Source of the DNA: Cladosporium halotolerans
Lineage: Eukaryota
DNA length: 64,000 nt
Direction: 5' to 3'
NCBI RefSeq assembly: GCF_011745625.1
Contig: NW_027191459.1
Coordinates: 62,001-126,000 of the forward strand
The notes under the pieces were generated by a model that worked only from the letters and a program-made list of their open reading frames with translations, made no database searches and was not told the DNA's origin. Position 1 is the stretch's first letter; every line of letters starts with the position of its first letter. Positions 1-12,726 of this stretch are shown in pieces. The position numbers and the translations under genes were made by a program.

Positions 1-716
1 CACCTCCTCCGCCACGGCCAAGGCCACCACCAACTCCCCCCCACCAGCCAAAACCGCCTCCTCCCCGACCCTGCCCTAACCCCCGCCGGCATCACCAAAT
101 GCAAGTCCTTCCACGACCGAATCTTCCCGTACGACCGCATCGCCCTCTCCCTCCTCTGCGCCTCCCCCATGCGCCGCGCAATCCAGACCGCAGCCCTCTG
201 CTTCCCCTCCCCCGCGCCACGCCCTATCATCCTCCTCCCCGACGCGCAGGAAGCGACGGCCCTGCCGTCTGATACTGGGCGGGCCAGGGGCGAGATTGGG
301 AGCGAGTTTGGAGGGGAGGTGGACGCGGGGTTGGTGGGCGAGGGGTGGAATTCGAATGAGGGGGAGTATGCGGAGACGAAGGAGGCGTTGGGGGAGCGGG
401 CGAGGAGGCTGAGGGAGTGGTTTTGGGCGTGCGGAGAAGGGGAGGTGGGCGTCGTGGGGCATGGGATGTTTTGGCATTGGGTTACGGGGGAGGTGGATGA
501 GAGGGGCGAGCAGACTAGTGAGTATCCTTTTCCTTTTTTTTGATTTTGTTTTTTCATGTTGGAATTGGGGAAGGAAAGCCGTGCTGACTTGATCTTTTAG
601 CGCCCCACTGGGAGAACACGGAGTGGCGGACTTATACGCTTGAGAGGGACGCGAAGGGCGAGGTGGTGATGGTTGAGGAGCAAGAGTCGATCGAGAGGCG
701 CCGCCTGCCGAATTGA
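1..716 (+). CDS. Histidine phosphatase / phosphoglycerate mutase-like protein, 5'-truncated by the window edge; intron ~518-600
   Basis: Frame 1 reads HLLRHGQGHH...DPALTPAG...ASPMRRAIQTA...VVGHG, i.e. the RHG, SPxxRA and second-His motifs. Intron GTGAGT...GCTGAC...TAG joins to TPHWENTEWRTY...; stop TGA at 714-716. Confidence 0.85.
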
Positions 717-1001
717 AAATGAGAATGGGTGTGCGTGTGATTATTACGGAGGCATAGTGCCTTGCTACTGGATTTCATTGGGGCGTCAGGAGCCAGCGCG
801 TCGGGCGGTCCTGGGTCTTCTGGCCTGAAAGCCACGAGAATTGTTCGTGTCGGGTTGATGCAATGGCTCCTCTTCGATCGAAGGGATTCTTCTGAATTGA
901 CGCCTTGTTGCGCCTGGCAGCGTCGTCGGGAGCGAATGGTTGCTCTCTGGTATTAGTCTAGATAGCCCTCTAGAATGCGATGACTGCGGTTCACCGGTTT
1001 G

Positions 1002-2122
1002 TCAAAGCCAGCCTCTCTGTCTGCTCGGGGGTCTTTCGCCGCTGTTTCTTCCGTTGCTGAGAGGCCACCCGAGCCCTGCTCTCTGATTGTCCATAGCCAT
1101 GCTCGAGAAGGGGCAGCCGCCGCTTGACCCGGAGTTGTAGGAGAAGTCGTCTAGTGCATCTTTGTTGCGCCCGAGGCTTGTCTTATTGCTGCCCGCGTAT
1201 GACGCAGAGTCTGATACGGTTCGCGAGGCCGATGAGTTGAAGCTCTGTGCGTCAAGGTGTGATGGCTTCAGCTGAGGCGAGCCCGTGTTATGTGCGTGTA
1301 TTACTGGCGACGGGACTGCCGAGGGTGTGTGCAAAGAAGAAGTTTTTGAGCTCGAGCCTATGTTCTCCTCGTTGATGTGCCAGCGCGCAAGGAGATCGTT
1401 TTGGATCCAGATAAGCTTGCCCAGAGCTCGGACGATTGAGATGCGGAGTCGGAGGTCGACGGTTGTGTTGGTCAGGATAGCTTCGGTGAAAGCGTCTTGG
1501 ACAAAGCCCATGCAGATACCAAGGAACATATAGTCGACGTGGAGGGGGTTGCGGCGGCCAGAACCGACATGCATTTCACTGGAAGGAAGTTAGGGCTTAT
1601 CGAGTATGTTCAGGTGTGGACAGGGACGAACCCAACTTTGTCGAGGTACTCCCACTGCGTAAGAATGTCAGTAAGGCTGGACGACAGCTGCGAGGCTGCA
1701 GATACGTACGAATTCTCTCTTGGAAGGATCTTGGTTCAATCTCGTCAAATACCATCGCAAGAAGATCTTGCGGTTCTGAATCGCGGGACTGCCATCTTGA
1801 GGCCAGACAGGAGGATTCTCATCGTCTCGGCTATCGCGGGTGGAGAACACGCGAGCGGTGATGTCGTGTTGCAAGAGCTTGCTGTACACGGCGTTGACGA
1901 TGTCGGGGATGACAAGGCGAACGAGGTCTTGGCCACGCTCGAGAGCGGCGAGGTCACCTGGCCAGCTATGAGTAACGGGAGTGGGTAGCGAGAAACGGTG
2001 GCGCGTCATGGACTACCTGGGCCGAATTCTATGAACTCCTTCAGATAGGCGACCCGAGCGCCGAGATCTGTATAGAGGGCATCGCGGTCGACGTGCTTGA
2101 TCCCGCGGGGCACGAAAGACAT
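1002..2122 (-). CDS. Protoglobin / globin-sensor domain protein with low-complexity C-terminal tail; about 3 introns
   Basis: Spliced reading: MSFVPRGIKHVDRDALYTDLGARVAYLKEFIEFGP | ...IVNAVYSKLLQHDITARVF...RKIFLRWYLTRL...EF | WEYLDKVG | MHVG...LHVDYM...KLIWIQNDLLARW. This is the typical fungal protoglobin pattern with a proximal His in MHVG. Confidence 0.85.
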
Positions 2123-3675
2123 GCTTGCTCCGGCTTTGCTGCTGTGGAAGAGGGTGTTTGACTTTCGAAATGTTCAGAGCATCGGGACGAAAGAAGTGAG
2201 AAAAGGATTCCGAGGCAAATCTCCCTACCTTAGACTAACCATCCCCCCGGATTGCAGTTTGATAGGATCACGCACTTCGTGGACCATGGTGGAAATAGGC
2301 TTCCGCCAGGGATCGAAGGCCAGGACGTGCGTGTACGAGAGGCGGCGAGGCCCGACCGCCGCGACAAGGGTGGTTGTGTCGGATGACGACGGTCCGGATG
2401 TTTGACGGCAGTGGAGTGGATGACAGGCAAGACGACACACTTCTCTCACGCCAGCAAGACGTTGCGGGCCCCGCCGTGTGCTCTTCAGGGATGGACTGCG
2501 TGGGGGTCGTCGGGACGATGCCAGGGTGTGTCTGCAGTCAGCGGCGGCAGGCAGTCGGAGAACTCGCAACCCTGTGCGCTACCCAGATAGCACGTGGCTA
2601 GATGGGCATCGGACGTTGACCAGCGTTTCGGCCTGGCCTCCCTCGCGCCGAGGCGAAGCGAAGACAACGGCCCGCGAACTGCCCATCCCGCCACGCCATC
2701 CAGGAGTCTCGGCGCATTATTCGCGCTGACAACGCGAGTGTGAAACGGTAGTCTGCCCTCACTACTTTTTTGGCCAGAACAGTACCCGCTATACTGTTGC
2801 CATTGAGCCAACAGCTCTGTCGGCGAGCTGCGACATACCAAAGCAAGGGCACTGAAAACCTTTCTGTGGCCCAGCACCAAGGATCTCAGCACGTCCCAAT
2901 GCTTAGGGCAGCCTTACACACAGATGCTGCCATGGCCAGCACGATGGCGCGGCCAATTTGCCACTATCATATCTTTGGGCACGCGCGCGTCGTGCCTGGC
3001 TAAATGGTCAGCGATCTCGCCATTCTGCACCGCAGCTCTGCCAGTCGACCTCATCCACGGTATCGTCGCCGAACCACGCCCGGCGCCCAGGAGTGCCGAT
3101 AGTGCGCGGCTGGCGCGGCAGTCTGAGCGTAGCATGAACGCAGTGCAAGAAGAGCCGTACGCCCGCAAGATGATTACCCAGAGCTGGACCGCAGACACGG
3201 CGCTTTTGCCTCGAGACCTGCAGATGCGAATGCCCTGGCTCTCAAAGGCGATCACTCAGCTGGATCACCTCTCTTCGCAAGCTTGACAGGGCCATGATAG
3301 CTTCCTACCTACTCCGCGTCGTCCGATTCTAGACGCCAGGCGCGGCAGTGCCCGCATACCAACGCCTCTTAAGCATGTGTCTGGGGCCACCATTCCGGAG
3401 GAAATGGGAGTCAGCACACCCTTTCGGTGGCGGTCGCAACGCTCTGTATGCTGCCGCCGTGGCAACGTCCAGATGCCCGGGTCGGTGGCCGACTTGTTGT
3501 AGCTCCTTGCTCCGGCGTGTGGGAAAAACGGTAGGTTTCGCCCACCCGAGTCTTACTTTCGTCGATCATATAAGCCCCTCAACTCAAATCGCGCCTATAC
3601 CTCAGCCGCGCGCCCGCCACTTTCTCGATTTGCTGCAGGTACACTGACCCCAGTCGTCTCACACATGACCCTGCG

Positions 3676-5775
3676 ATGCCTGCTCTCCAGTCGGCGGAGA
3701 GTGGCTACAATACCATACAGGATGCGACGAATCAATTCATGACCCTGGTCCTGCGCTCTGTTGATGCCCTCAACACCGCAGAAGATGACACCGAATTCTT
3801 GCTCGCACGTTCCGACACGGACGGAATGCATCAGCGATCAACGGGACTATGGACTGCCTCGTCGGTCGACGCGGCTGGCATTCTAGCTGCCCAACAGCGA
3901 CGGCAAATCCAAATCGTAGCCGCGTCCATGGCAAGTGTCAGCATAGCAGCGGCGATTTGTGCCATATACTGGTTCTGGATGATGAGGCGAAACTACCGGC
4001 GCGATCTGGTTCTGATGTTGATCCTCGGGGATTTCTACAAAAGTCTGTGGTACCTTATACATGGCTCTGTCAACTTCGCCCGAAGCCAGGTCAAGAGTGA
4101 GGAGCCATTCTGTCAGGTTAGCGGCTTCATGCTTCAAACAGGCCTTCAATCATGCGGTAAGTCAGTTCTGTCAGCGCCCAGTTGACGTTGCTCTAACGTC
4201 AAGCCAGACGTCGCGATCTTGTTCATTAGCATGCACATGGCTTTGCAGATTTTCCCTCCGTCCAATTCCATCTTAGGCCACGATGGCCTGTACAAGGTCC
4301 GACATTGGGTTTTCGGCATCTGGGTCTTGCTACCTTGCTTCACCGCTGCCTTGGCTTTCATAAATCCCGATGGCGCCTATCAAGCCCAAGGCGCTTGGTG
4401 CTGGTTACCGACCCGACCTTTCTGGTACCGCTTGGCCCTTTCCTGGGTGCCTCGCTACCTGATCTGGCTCTACATCATGTGGGTCGCCATCCGCATCTAC
4501 ACTCACGTCGGATACGAGTTCAGGGTGTTCGGCCAAGAGAGGGATCGTTCGTCGAGCGCAGATCTCTCAGCACAAAGTTCTGCTGAGAGAGGTGCAATCG
4601 AGAGACATTTCAAAGAGCGTCGCTCGCAAGTCATCACGAGCGAAAAGAATGTTGGCGTTGGAATCGCCCCCGAAGACATCGTCCCGCCGCAGCCAGCTTT
4701 TACGGTAGCGACCCCGAACGAATCCGACAAGTCCCTACCCCCAAACGCCGGCCGAAGGATGTCTCTCCCCGCCTGGCGCTCCCCCTTCGGAGGCACTTCC
4801 ACTCCAACAGCATCCGCCGACGACACCACCCTCCACCCAAACAGCCGCAGCACCCCAACCTCCCGCCGCGGCAGCCGGCAGATCGCCCCCGGCGTCTTCG
4901 CCGAAGACTTCATCCCCCCGCCCAGCTTCGACGCAACCCACGCCCGCGGCTCCATAACCAGCATCGCCTCCCTCCCCCGCTCCCTCGACCAAGCCGCCCT
5001 GCCCTCGATCTCCGAAACCCGCGCCAGCGCCGCCGCATCCCTCACCTCCTCCGGCGCCGCCACCTCCCTGACAACCCACGCTCTCCGCCAGCGCCGCCGC
5101 GCGATCCAGCGCCAACTCCGCATCCTCTTCATCTACCCCGTCGTCTACATGCTGCTCTGGCTCATCCCTTTCATCGCCCACTGCCTCAGCTACAGCGACT
5201 ACTACGCCCAGCACCCCGTCTTCCCCATCAGCCTGCTCTCCTCCTTCTGCCAGTGCTTCATGGGCTTCGCGGACGTCTGCGTCTTCTGCTGGCGCGAGCG
5301 GCCCTGGCGCCACGTCCCCGGCGGCGACGGGACCTTCCTCGGCAGCTTCGCCTTCTGGCGCGGCGCGCGAGACGAGTGGGCGCACCGGCGGCGGCCGAGC
5401 CGCGCGCCGAACGCGATCACCAGCCAGCCGGCGTCGACGACGGGCCTGCTGGGCTCGCTGAAGCGCTGGAGTCTGTCGAGGAAGGGCTCGAGTCCCGCGA
5501 GCAGCGGGTCGCTGCAGAGGCCTGGGTTGCTGGGCGGGGCGCACAAGAGGACGCCGAGCGGGGGCAGGCAGACGCGGGAGGCGGAGCTGGCGCACGAGAG
5601 GTTGAGGCTGGAGAGGGAGGACTATGAGCGGAATGCGAGGAGTTTGGGCGAGAGGAGGGAGAGTGCTGTCGCGGAGATGCAGGCGCGGGCGCCGAGGAAG
5701 GAGTGGTTTGATGCGTCGTTGAATCTGAGTGCGGAGGAGGTTGGGGAGGGGGATGGGAGGGGGAAGTGGGGGTGA
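3676..5775 (+). CDS. GPR1: Gpr1/Git3-type carbon (glucose)-sensing G protein-coupled receptor; intron ~4157-4207
   Basis: Seven hydrophobic segments with YWFWMMRRNYRRDL, GAWCWLPTRPFWYRLALSWVPRY, a long Ser-rich third loop, and Git3_C-like RRRAIQRQLRILFIYPVVY...FCWRERPW. Confidence 0.9.
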
Positions 5776-5988
5776 CTTTGAAGAGCGCTGTTCGTTGATG
5801 GGGTCTGTTTGTTTCGAACAAGGGATAGAAGATACAGGGAAGGAGAAAAGCCTAATGAGTAATTTTGATACAAGCAGAGAATGCTACTTGGTCATGACTG
5901 CAGTCTCGTTATCCTCGTTCGTTCATTCATTCATCGCAAATCGATTTTCGCTGCCCCTGGCAAGCGGTTCGTGCAGACCTTTTCATCC

Positions 5989-7095
5989 TCACAAGAAATC
6001 TCCATCCCCAAACCCTCCAAACGGATTAGGCGGCCTGCCGCCCATCCCCGCGCCCCTAGGGTGCCCGCCCCTACTGCCCGGCCCAGGGCCCATGGGATCA
6101 AACCGCGCACCAGGCGGCACCTGCGGATCGTACCCGGAGCCCCGCGGCCCTTGCCCAGCGAACATCGGGTCGTCGAACGTCGGGTGCATGCCGCCGCCGC
6201 CCATGCCTCCGAAGCCGGGCCCGCCGCGAAAGGGGTCGTTCGGCCCCAGGCCTTGAGGGTACAGGTCGCGCTCGCCGATGCGTGGGAAGCCGCTGCCGGG
6301 TATGCCGCCGCGGGGCGGTCGGCCAGTCTCGAATTCGTCTTCGAAGCCCGGCATGGGTTCGGGCATGGGACGGCGGGGGTGGGCGAGGGGGTCCGCGAGA
6401 GGGTAGGGTCTGGCGGGAGGGACGCGGTCGTCGCGGAGGGGGTCTTGCTGGGGTGTTCTGTCCGCGCTGCGGGGTTGTTCTTGTGTGGAGGACTGGCTGT
6501 TGTTTGTGTTTGGCGTTTCTTCGTAGCCTGGTTTTGTGAGGCTGGGTGCGAGCTTTTGGATGATGTTCAGGCGCAGCATGCTGCCGAGGTCTGATAGGCG
6601 GCCGACGCTGATGAAGACGTCTGTAATGGCGCGGTCGATGTCGAGGTCCGCGGCGCCCTCGGTTTTGGGTGTTGCGGGCAGGTTACCTTCGGATATGAAT
6701 TCCTGCACTTTGACGTCGAAGCTGCATGTTCGGTCGTCGCCGAGACCCATGCCCATTACCACCGTCTTGTTGCCCATTCTGTTCGCTTTGAGGAGGTATT
6801 CCATGCTTGATTGGTCGTGCTTATAGCGGAAGGCGTAGGAGCCAGCGTGTGCGTTCCATTCTTCGGGAAGTTCGTGGGTCTCGTCGCGATCAGAGGTCGT
6901 TTCGAGCTTGTGGTCTTCGCCTAGGCCGACCATTCGGAAGCCGACCGCGAGCATAGATGCATGCGCTGCTAATGCGATGGCCTCGTGTGAGGACTTGATT
7001 TGTGGTGAGGATCGTTGAGGGAGGCTGCCGCGCATGATGGAAGTGAGGGAGTCCGCAGAGAGGACGTTGCCTCGTGGGCCGGCGAAGGATGCCAT
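5989..7095 (-). CDS. Proteasome inhibitor PI31 (PSMF1/Fub1-like)
   Basis: N-terminal FP domain (AIALAAHASMLAVGFR...LPEEWN...YAFRYKH) and Pro/Gly-rich C-terminus with IGERDLYP, GGMHPTFDDPMF and VPPGARFDPMGP. Confidence 0.9.
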   Translation of the reverse strand: MASFAGPRGNVLSADSLTSIMRGSLPQRSSPQIKSSHEAIALAAHASMLAVGFRMVGLGEDHKLETTSDRDETHELPEEWNAHAGSYAFRYKHDQSSMEYLLKANRMGNKTVVMGMGLGDDRTCSFDVKVQEFISEGNLPATPKTEGAADLDIDRAITDVFISVGRLSDLGSMLRLNIIQKLAPSLTKPGYEETPNTNNSQSSTQEQPRSADRTPQQDPLRDDRVPPARPYPLADPLAHPRRPMPEPMPGFEDEFETGRPPRGGIPGSGFPRIGERDLYPQGLGPNDPFRGGPGFGGMGGGGMHPTFDDPMFAGQGPRGSGYDPQVPPGARFDPMGPGPGSRGGHPRGAGMGGRPPNPFGGFGDGDFL

Positions 7096-7612
7096 GTTGA
7101 CGAGGTGTTGATGTATTCCAGCCAGTGATTGGTTTCTGTTGTTCAGAGGTCAAGTGAAGAGTAGACTAGAGATTTGGTGTTATTTGTGAAAGAAGGCAAG
7201 CCTACCTTACAAATAGCTCGAGTTCGTCTGTCTTCAAGCTGCAGGCAGCTAGACATGACGTGTGACAGGACGCGGGGATCGGATCGGATCTGGCTCGGCA
7301 GCCGTTGCCGACGATTCGCGAAGTGGGCCCTCTTATTACTCTTCTTCACGACTGTCTCTATCTATCAAGTGTTTGAATGTCATCGACGAAGCCTGCTACG
7401 AGGGAAACGGCTCTGCAAAAATTCAGTAAATTCTTGGGGCCAAGCACATTCGAAAAGACACTTCGGCAAGCCAAGTACGCAAGGACCCATGTCAAGATGA
7501 AGGTCTCAGAATAATTCGTCTCAAGATATCAGTAGGTACGCCTAACTAAGATAAAAAGGAATGGACGCATAGAAAGGAAGATGTCGCTGCCATGTCGTCT
7601 CGGAGATACGCA

Positions 7613-8602
7613 TCACTTGCTCTCGACCTCGCCAAGGGAGCCGATCTTGCGCAAAGCATCAACTGCCACCGGCCACGCCTGGTCCTCAGGGTACAACGCA
7701 CTCGTCAGGTAGGCACTAGTCATACGCTGGACAGAAGCCACCCGCTCGATGCTCTCGCCCTTCGTTTCTGCGGCATCGTATCCTGAGATGCCGCTGAGAC
7801 AGTGATCTCCACCGAAGAGGGTGAAGAGACTCTTAGGACCAGTGCTGAGATAGTACGGGTCGGCGTGCCACTTCCAGCCGCGAGTGGTGAGGTGAGTGCT
7901 CGGATCGTCATCGCCGGCCACAACAAGAGTCGGCGCCTTCATCTCCTTGAAATCAACCTCGCGGTGGAATGGGAGGTTCTCGCGGGCCCACTCTGTGAGA
8001 GCATCTCCGCCGTCGCCAATAGCCGCAAGGACAATGCCAGCTTTGATCCTTGGCTCTGCAAGATTGATCATGTCGCCACTATCCAAGTCTCTTGTCTGCA
8101 TGCCAAGCAAGAGACTCGCGGTGTTGCTCCCTAGGGAGTGGCCAACGACGGCCACGCGCTCGTGGTCCAGCCTGCCTTTAATAAATGGGGCCTCATCTTC
8201 GAGCTCCTCTAGCTGATTCAAGATGGTCTTCATGTCTTCCACGCGCTCGCGCCAGAACATTGGAGCTCCGGCGGTCTCCTTGGGCAGGCTGAGTGACTTG
8301 GAGCTTAAATGGGTTGGCTGGATTACCGCGAAGCCGTGACCTGCCCAATGGCTCACTAGTGGACCATAACCATTCAACGATGAGAGATGATTCGACTGGC
8401 CATGACCGTGGGACAGAAGGACGATAGGAAGATTGGTACCCGTTGTCGGAGCCGTGAGACGAAGTTGGAGAGGAACGGGCCTGGACGGCGATGCGAGGGT
8501 AATGGGACTCATGGAGATCGTTGGAGTAGCAGCTGTAGCCGGCAGCTGGGCAGAACTTCCGATCAAGGCGTGATCGGCAATCGTTGTGGTCTTGGACGCC
8601 AT
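7613..8602 (-). CDS. Chlorophyllase / PAF-acetylhydrolase-like alpha/beta hydrolase, intronless; alternative in-frame ATG at 8710
   Basis: LPIVLLSHGHG, HWAGHGFAVIQPTHL, nucleophile elbow GHSLG, acid region VVAGDDD, His region GGDHCLSGISGYD. Confidence 0.85.
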   Translation of the reverse strand: MASKTTTIADHALIGSSAQLPATAATPTISMSPITLASPSRPVPLQLRLTAPTTGTNLPIVLLSHGHGQSNHLSSLNGYGPLVSHWAGHGFAVIQPTHLSSKSLSLPKETAGAPMFWRERVEDMKTILNQLEELEDEAPFIKGRLDHERVAVVGHSLGSNTASLLLGMQTRDLDSGDMINLAEPRIKAGIVLAAIGDGGDALTEWARENLPFHREVDFKEMKAPTLVVAGDDDPSTHLTTRGWKWHADPYYLSTGPKSLFTLFGGDHCLSGISGYDAAETKGESIERVASVQRMTSAYLTSALYPEDQAWPVAVDALRKIGSLGEVESK

Positions 8603-9039
8603 TGCTGATGATCGATCGAAGGTGTTGATGAATCTTAACGAGGTGAACGATGTTCTGAAGAAGATGGTTGATTTGGAGACAGTGCGAGCTTTGTTGATCA
8701 GTGATAGCATGATTTTCTACTCAGATGAACGTCCCCGCCATCTCCTATATAAGTAGTCTATAGAAACACCATGTCAGATGGGAGCAGCATCCGAGCCTAA
8801 CCACGTTGGGGAAGACTTGCGAAAAGTCCGAAGCCCGGCACCATATCTCCCTGATCCTTCCCCGCATGCACTACTCAGCCTCGTATTGTATTACATACAC
8901 ACAGAACCGATTACCAACACCGCGCGTATGCCCGAAATTAGCCAACTCAAGCATAATGCCGCAAGACATATCACCGCTAGATGGAGCTAGGATAGCCGAG
9001 AGGCCCAGCTGTGAAGCAAGGCTCTCCCAGAGAATGCGC

Positions 9040-12000
9040 TCAAACGCGCCGCCGAGTCGGTTGGTACTGGCTCGAGATCCTCTGGCGCTGCGGAGATGGC
9101 TGATCCTCAGGACTTAACGAGCCTGGCCGTTTGTGTGACGCAGAGGACTCATCGGTGGAAGGACCCGGCTGTGGTTGACCACTCCCACTGCTCTTGCTCA
9201 GCTCCGCTCGTTGCTTTTCAATGAGCTCTTTCGGAGCATCATCAAGCATGAACAACATTGACAATTTTCCTGGATCACCCTCAGGTGACCCTGCAGCTGG
9301 TGATGTCCACCATACTCGTCCTCCAAGCAATGTCCTCTGTGCTCCGAAGAGATTGTGATGCTGTATGATCAGCTTCGCAACCGCTACGCCCAGCGGTGTC
9401 CCGATCAAATCTTCGTTGTCGTCTAATTCCCACAGCCTGCCGGGCCAACGATACCAATAACCCTTGAGGTCACCCTTCGCAATCTCAGTCAAGACTGCGA
9501 GGGTATGGGTCTCCGCGATATTGGGCATGACAATGAACTTCAGATTGCTGACCGGTTGCTTGGTCCGCTGGCACTCAGAATGCCAATCAAAGTTCCAGAC
9601 ATCTTGCAGTCGTAAAGGTGTCAGGTCTGCCTCGGCAATATCCTGGCCTTCGTGCTTTTGTAAGCGGACCTTCTTCATTCTGTCTGTCATTTCGTCTTCC
9701 TCCGATCTCGACGGGTAGTCTGACCAGTGTTGGGAGGATCCAGATTCGCCGATGCCAGACCCCGTAGGTGCTCTGTTGGCGGGCCGGGATGCTAGCTGCT
9801 GCCCTTCGGGCTCTTTGGCCAACTTCAGTGGTTCTCGGTGGGACCAGTAGACGATGGCACGGTGCTCTGTGCTATATATATTCTCAAACATGCCACTAGA
9901 GACCTTTGCAACTATTGTCAGTAGCTCTCCAAGAAACGGTCCCTAGGCGTGCTACTACCAACAGCATCAGGATCAAGATATGTGTAACTCACCGGATGGT
10001 GCTTGAAATTCTCATCGTCAATCCATGGCTCAAGGTGTACCCACTTCATCGGTGTCCAGCTTTCGTCTGGCTTCCCACTAGCATCGCGAAACCCCGGAAG
10101 TATGTCCTCCAGTCCGTCAAACTGGGGCAGCGGCCATCTCGCTTTCTTGTACCCGTAGTCACCAGGGCCCTGATCATAGTTCTCGAGGAGCTGCGCTTCG
10201 TCATCCGGACTTATGGTGTCCGACCCCAGCCGTTTCGTCCAATACGTACCTATTTGCGTGGCCTTCTCAACTGTGAACGATTGCCCGCTTGGCCCGCGAT
10301 GCTCTCCGGCTTCTAGGTGACGAAGACTGTCAACATCGTAACCAGTAGCTTGAGAGATCTCGGAGTCCTCAGAGTGCTGTGCAAATGGTAGGAACCCCGG
10401 TCTGGGTCGCAGCTCGGAGGGGTCGACGGCGGGTCGATCATAACGATCCATCCGTTTCATAACCTTCTGTTTGCGCAGCACGCCGCTTGTCTGTGTTACA
10501 CCAGAGGGAACAGTGTTGATTCTAGATGTACAGAGAGACTCCGTCGGTCGATGATCTCCCAGGATTTCATCGGAGTTCTGGCGACGGGCGAGTATAGTAG
10601 CTTGTGGTGCGATCGTGGCCCCTTGAGATGTCGTCGGCTGCGTGCCACCTCCACGAGATGCTGGACCAGAATCACTGCCAGCTCCAGATCTCTGCAGAGT
10701 ATCTTCAAGTCTCGCTCTCGCCATACCTTGTTGAAGAGAATCATCGAACGAACCCGACGCCCCTTCGTTTTGGCCCTGAACTGTCGCACCGGAAGGTTGG
10801 CTCCAACTACCCGCAGGCATATTCGCGCCCGGCCTGCGTCCCTACCGTAGTGCTCTTGCCACTAGACGCTGGCTGCTCAGCTCCAGATGTTTGGTCCGAG
10901 AGCTTGAAGAGCATGTACAGACTTGGGCCATGCTCCTTGATCCAAGGTATATCGTCCGGGAACTGCTTCCAGAGCCGAGCACTTGCAATCTTGCGGTCGT
11001 CACCCATGGAAACCTTTCTCTGCGCCACGAGTCGCCCCAGCGGACTGACAACGGGGGTGCCGAGCACTGCTGCGAATTTCGTATGGTCGTTGTCGTTCGT
11101 AAACTCAATGCCAGGCCAGTCCGGAAGATTGGTCTGCAAGTAGCCTCCAACTGCGTCTCTGACAGCATTGCGGGTATCTTCGTTCACGACATTCGATGCC
11201 AGATAATACTTCAGTGACGAAGGAGCCACCTTTGCTGATTCGCACTGGTTTTCCCAAACTAGATATATGACATCGGACACGTACCTCAGGGGCGTTACCT
11301 GGGAAGGCTGGAGCGATTTGCCCAGCGACGTGTGGGTGGGCCCGCTGAATAGAGACGCAATGATGATTCCGTAACGAGGGCTAACCAACATTGTGACTTT
11401 TGCTTTAGTTGCCTGTCAATGTCGACGTCAGTGCTGTGTCTTTTGAGCAGCTGGTGGAATCACTTACAGGATATTGCTGCTTCTTGTTAACAGCATCAGT
11501 AGTCTCCTCGGAATGCTTGCATTCAACGTATTTCCAGCCTTCAGAATCCTCGAAGTCAAAACCATCTGGTAGCTCCAATTTGTTCAACGTTCCCTCCCAC
11601 GCTGTTTCCCATTCCAATAATGGCACAGGCTTCTCCGTGACCGTCCATCCGTGTTTTGCAAGATCATCATAATTCGTGAAACTTGTCCTCTCGGCCTCCG
11701 GAATCGAAGGCATATCGATCAGACTTTGGATATGGCTGCCGCGCTTGAAGCAAGCGTCCCAATTTGCTCTCCTAGACTCCAGATCGCGCCCTTCGACTCC
11801 GTCGTTGTCTTGGTTTGCATAAGATGCCCCCCGGTACATGCCAGTTGAGCCTTCGCTCTCATCGGAAGAGCCATCACTACTGTTGTCCGATACTGCTTGT
11901 AAATAAAGCGCCAGATCGCTGCGTCTGTCGAAGCGGAGGCCATGGCCAGATAAGCGCGTGCTGCTATTGGCATCTTCGCCCTGCAATCCGAATGTAAAGT

Positions 12001-12121
12001 TGCGTGGATCTTGCTGATGTCTGACGCTGATTCTCCAGAGGTACAAAGTAGCAGCAAAAGCTACGAAAGCTATCAACCTGGTCACGAGACGTGCCCTCAG
12101 TGTCAGGCGTTCTCGAGGCAT
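9040..12121 (-). CDS. Uncharacterised protein (or pair of proteins) with an N-terminal signal anchor and a tandemly duplicated domain; introns 11413-11467, 9904-9992 and possibly 10776-10845
   Basis: Four consecutive minus-strand ORFs. Two junctions are canonical phase-0 introns; the middle junction has only a weak candidate intron (GTAGGG...GCCAAC...CAG). Hydrophobic N-terminus LIAFVAFAATLYLW. Confidence 0.65.
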
Positions 12122-12726
12122 CTTTGTAATTACCCACGCGTGGCTCGACGTGGCAGGGTGATTGAGGTCTGTTTCAGGAGTGTTGAGAAGTTCTGACCCA
12201 AGTAGATGAAGTCCGAGGTTTGAAGAGTGAGATTTGATTTGGGGCCAGGGACGCGGTTTCGCAGCGACTTTATTCCCCCTTCACAAAAATCCAGAAAATT
12301 GTCGAATCGAGTTTCACGAGTCTAGAAAGCGTTGGTTTCCGTCCATAGTCGTCTTCAGAATTTGCATGGAAGAAGCCTGGTCGTTCGTCCGCTCTTCAAG
12401 ATGCGCCGAGAGTAATCTCTGCATTTTATTGAGTCAGACTCTTCTTATCAGGAGCACCTTGCGGGAACATTCAATTGTTAGATTGTGTTTGTGTGTCAGG
12501 TAGAAATGATACTGGGACAAGGGATGACACAAAATGGTAATTCTCCTGTTCATCTGGGTTGAGCGACGCATGCCTTCTCTGGCAGCTACCTATGAAGGCT
12601 ACCAGGCAGAGCTCCATTTTCAATCCTTCCAAAGCAATCACACGCATCTTTCCCAAGTCGAACCGGACACATTGAACGCCGTTGTGTCGCCCCGGAAAGT
12701 CCTTGAGTGACTTAATTATTACTACC

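Noticed and set aside
4503..5821. Long antisense ORFs over GPR1 (similar ones over PI31, sedolisin, LIA1, NNT, PKC1)
   Set aside because: Shadow ORFs caused by high GC and codon bias.
12471..12726. Extra C-terminal tail on the SMC1 ORF
   Set aside because: Read-through of the unspliced last intron; splicing gives the conserved LDLRKY end.
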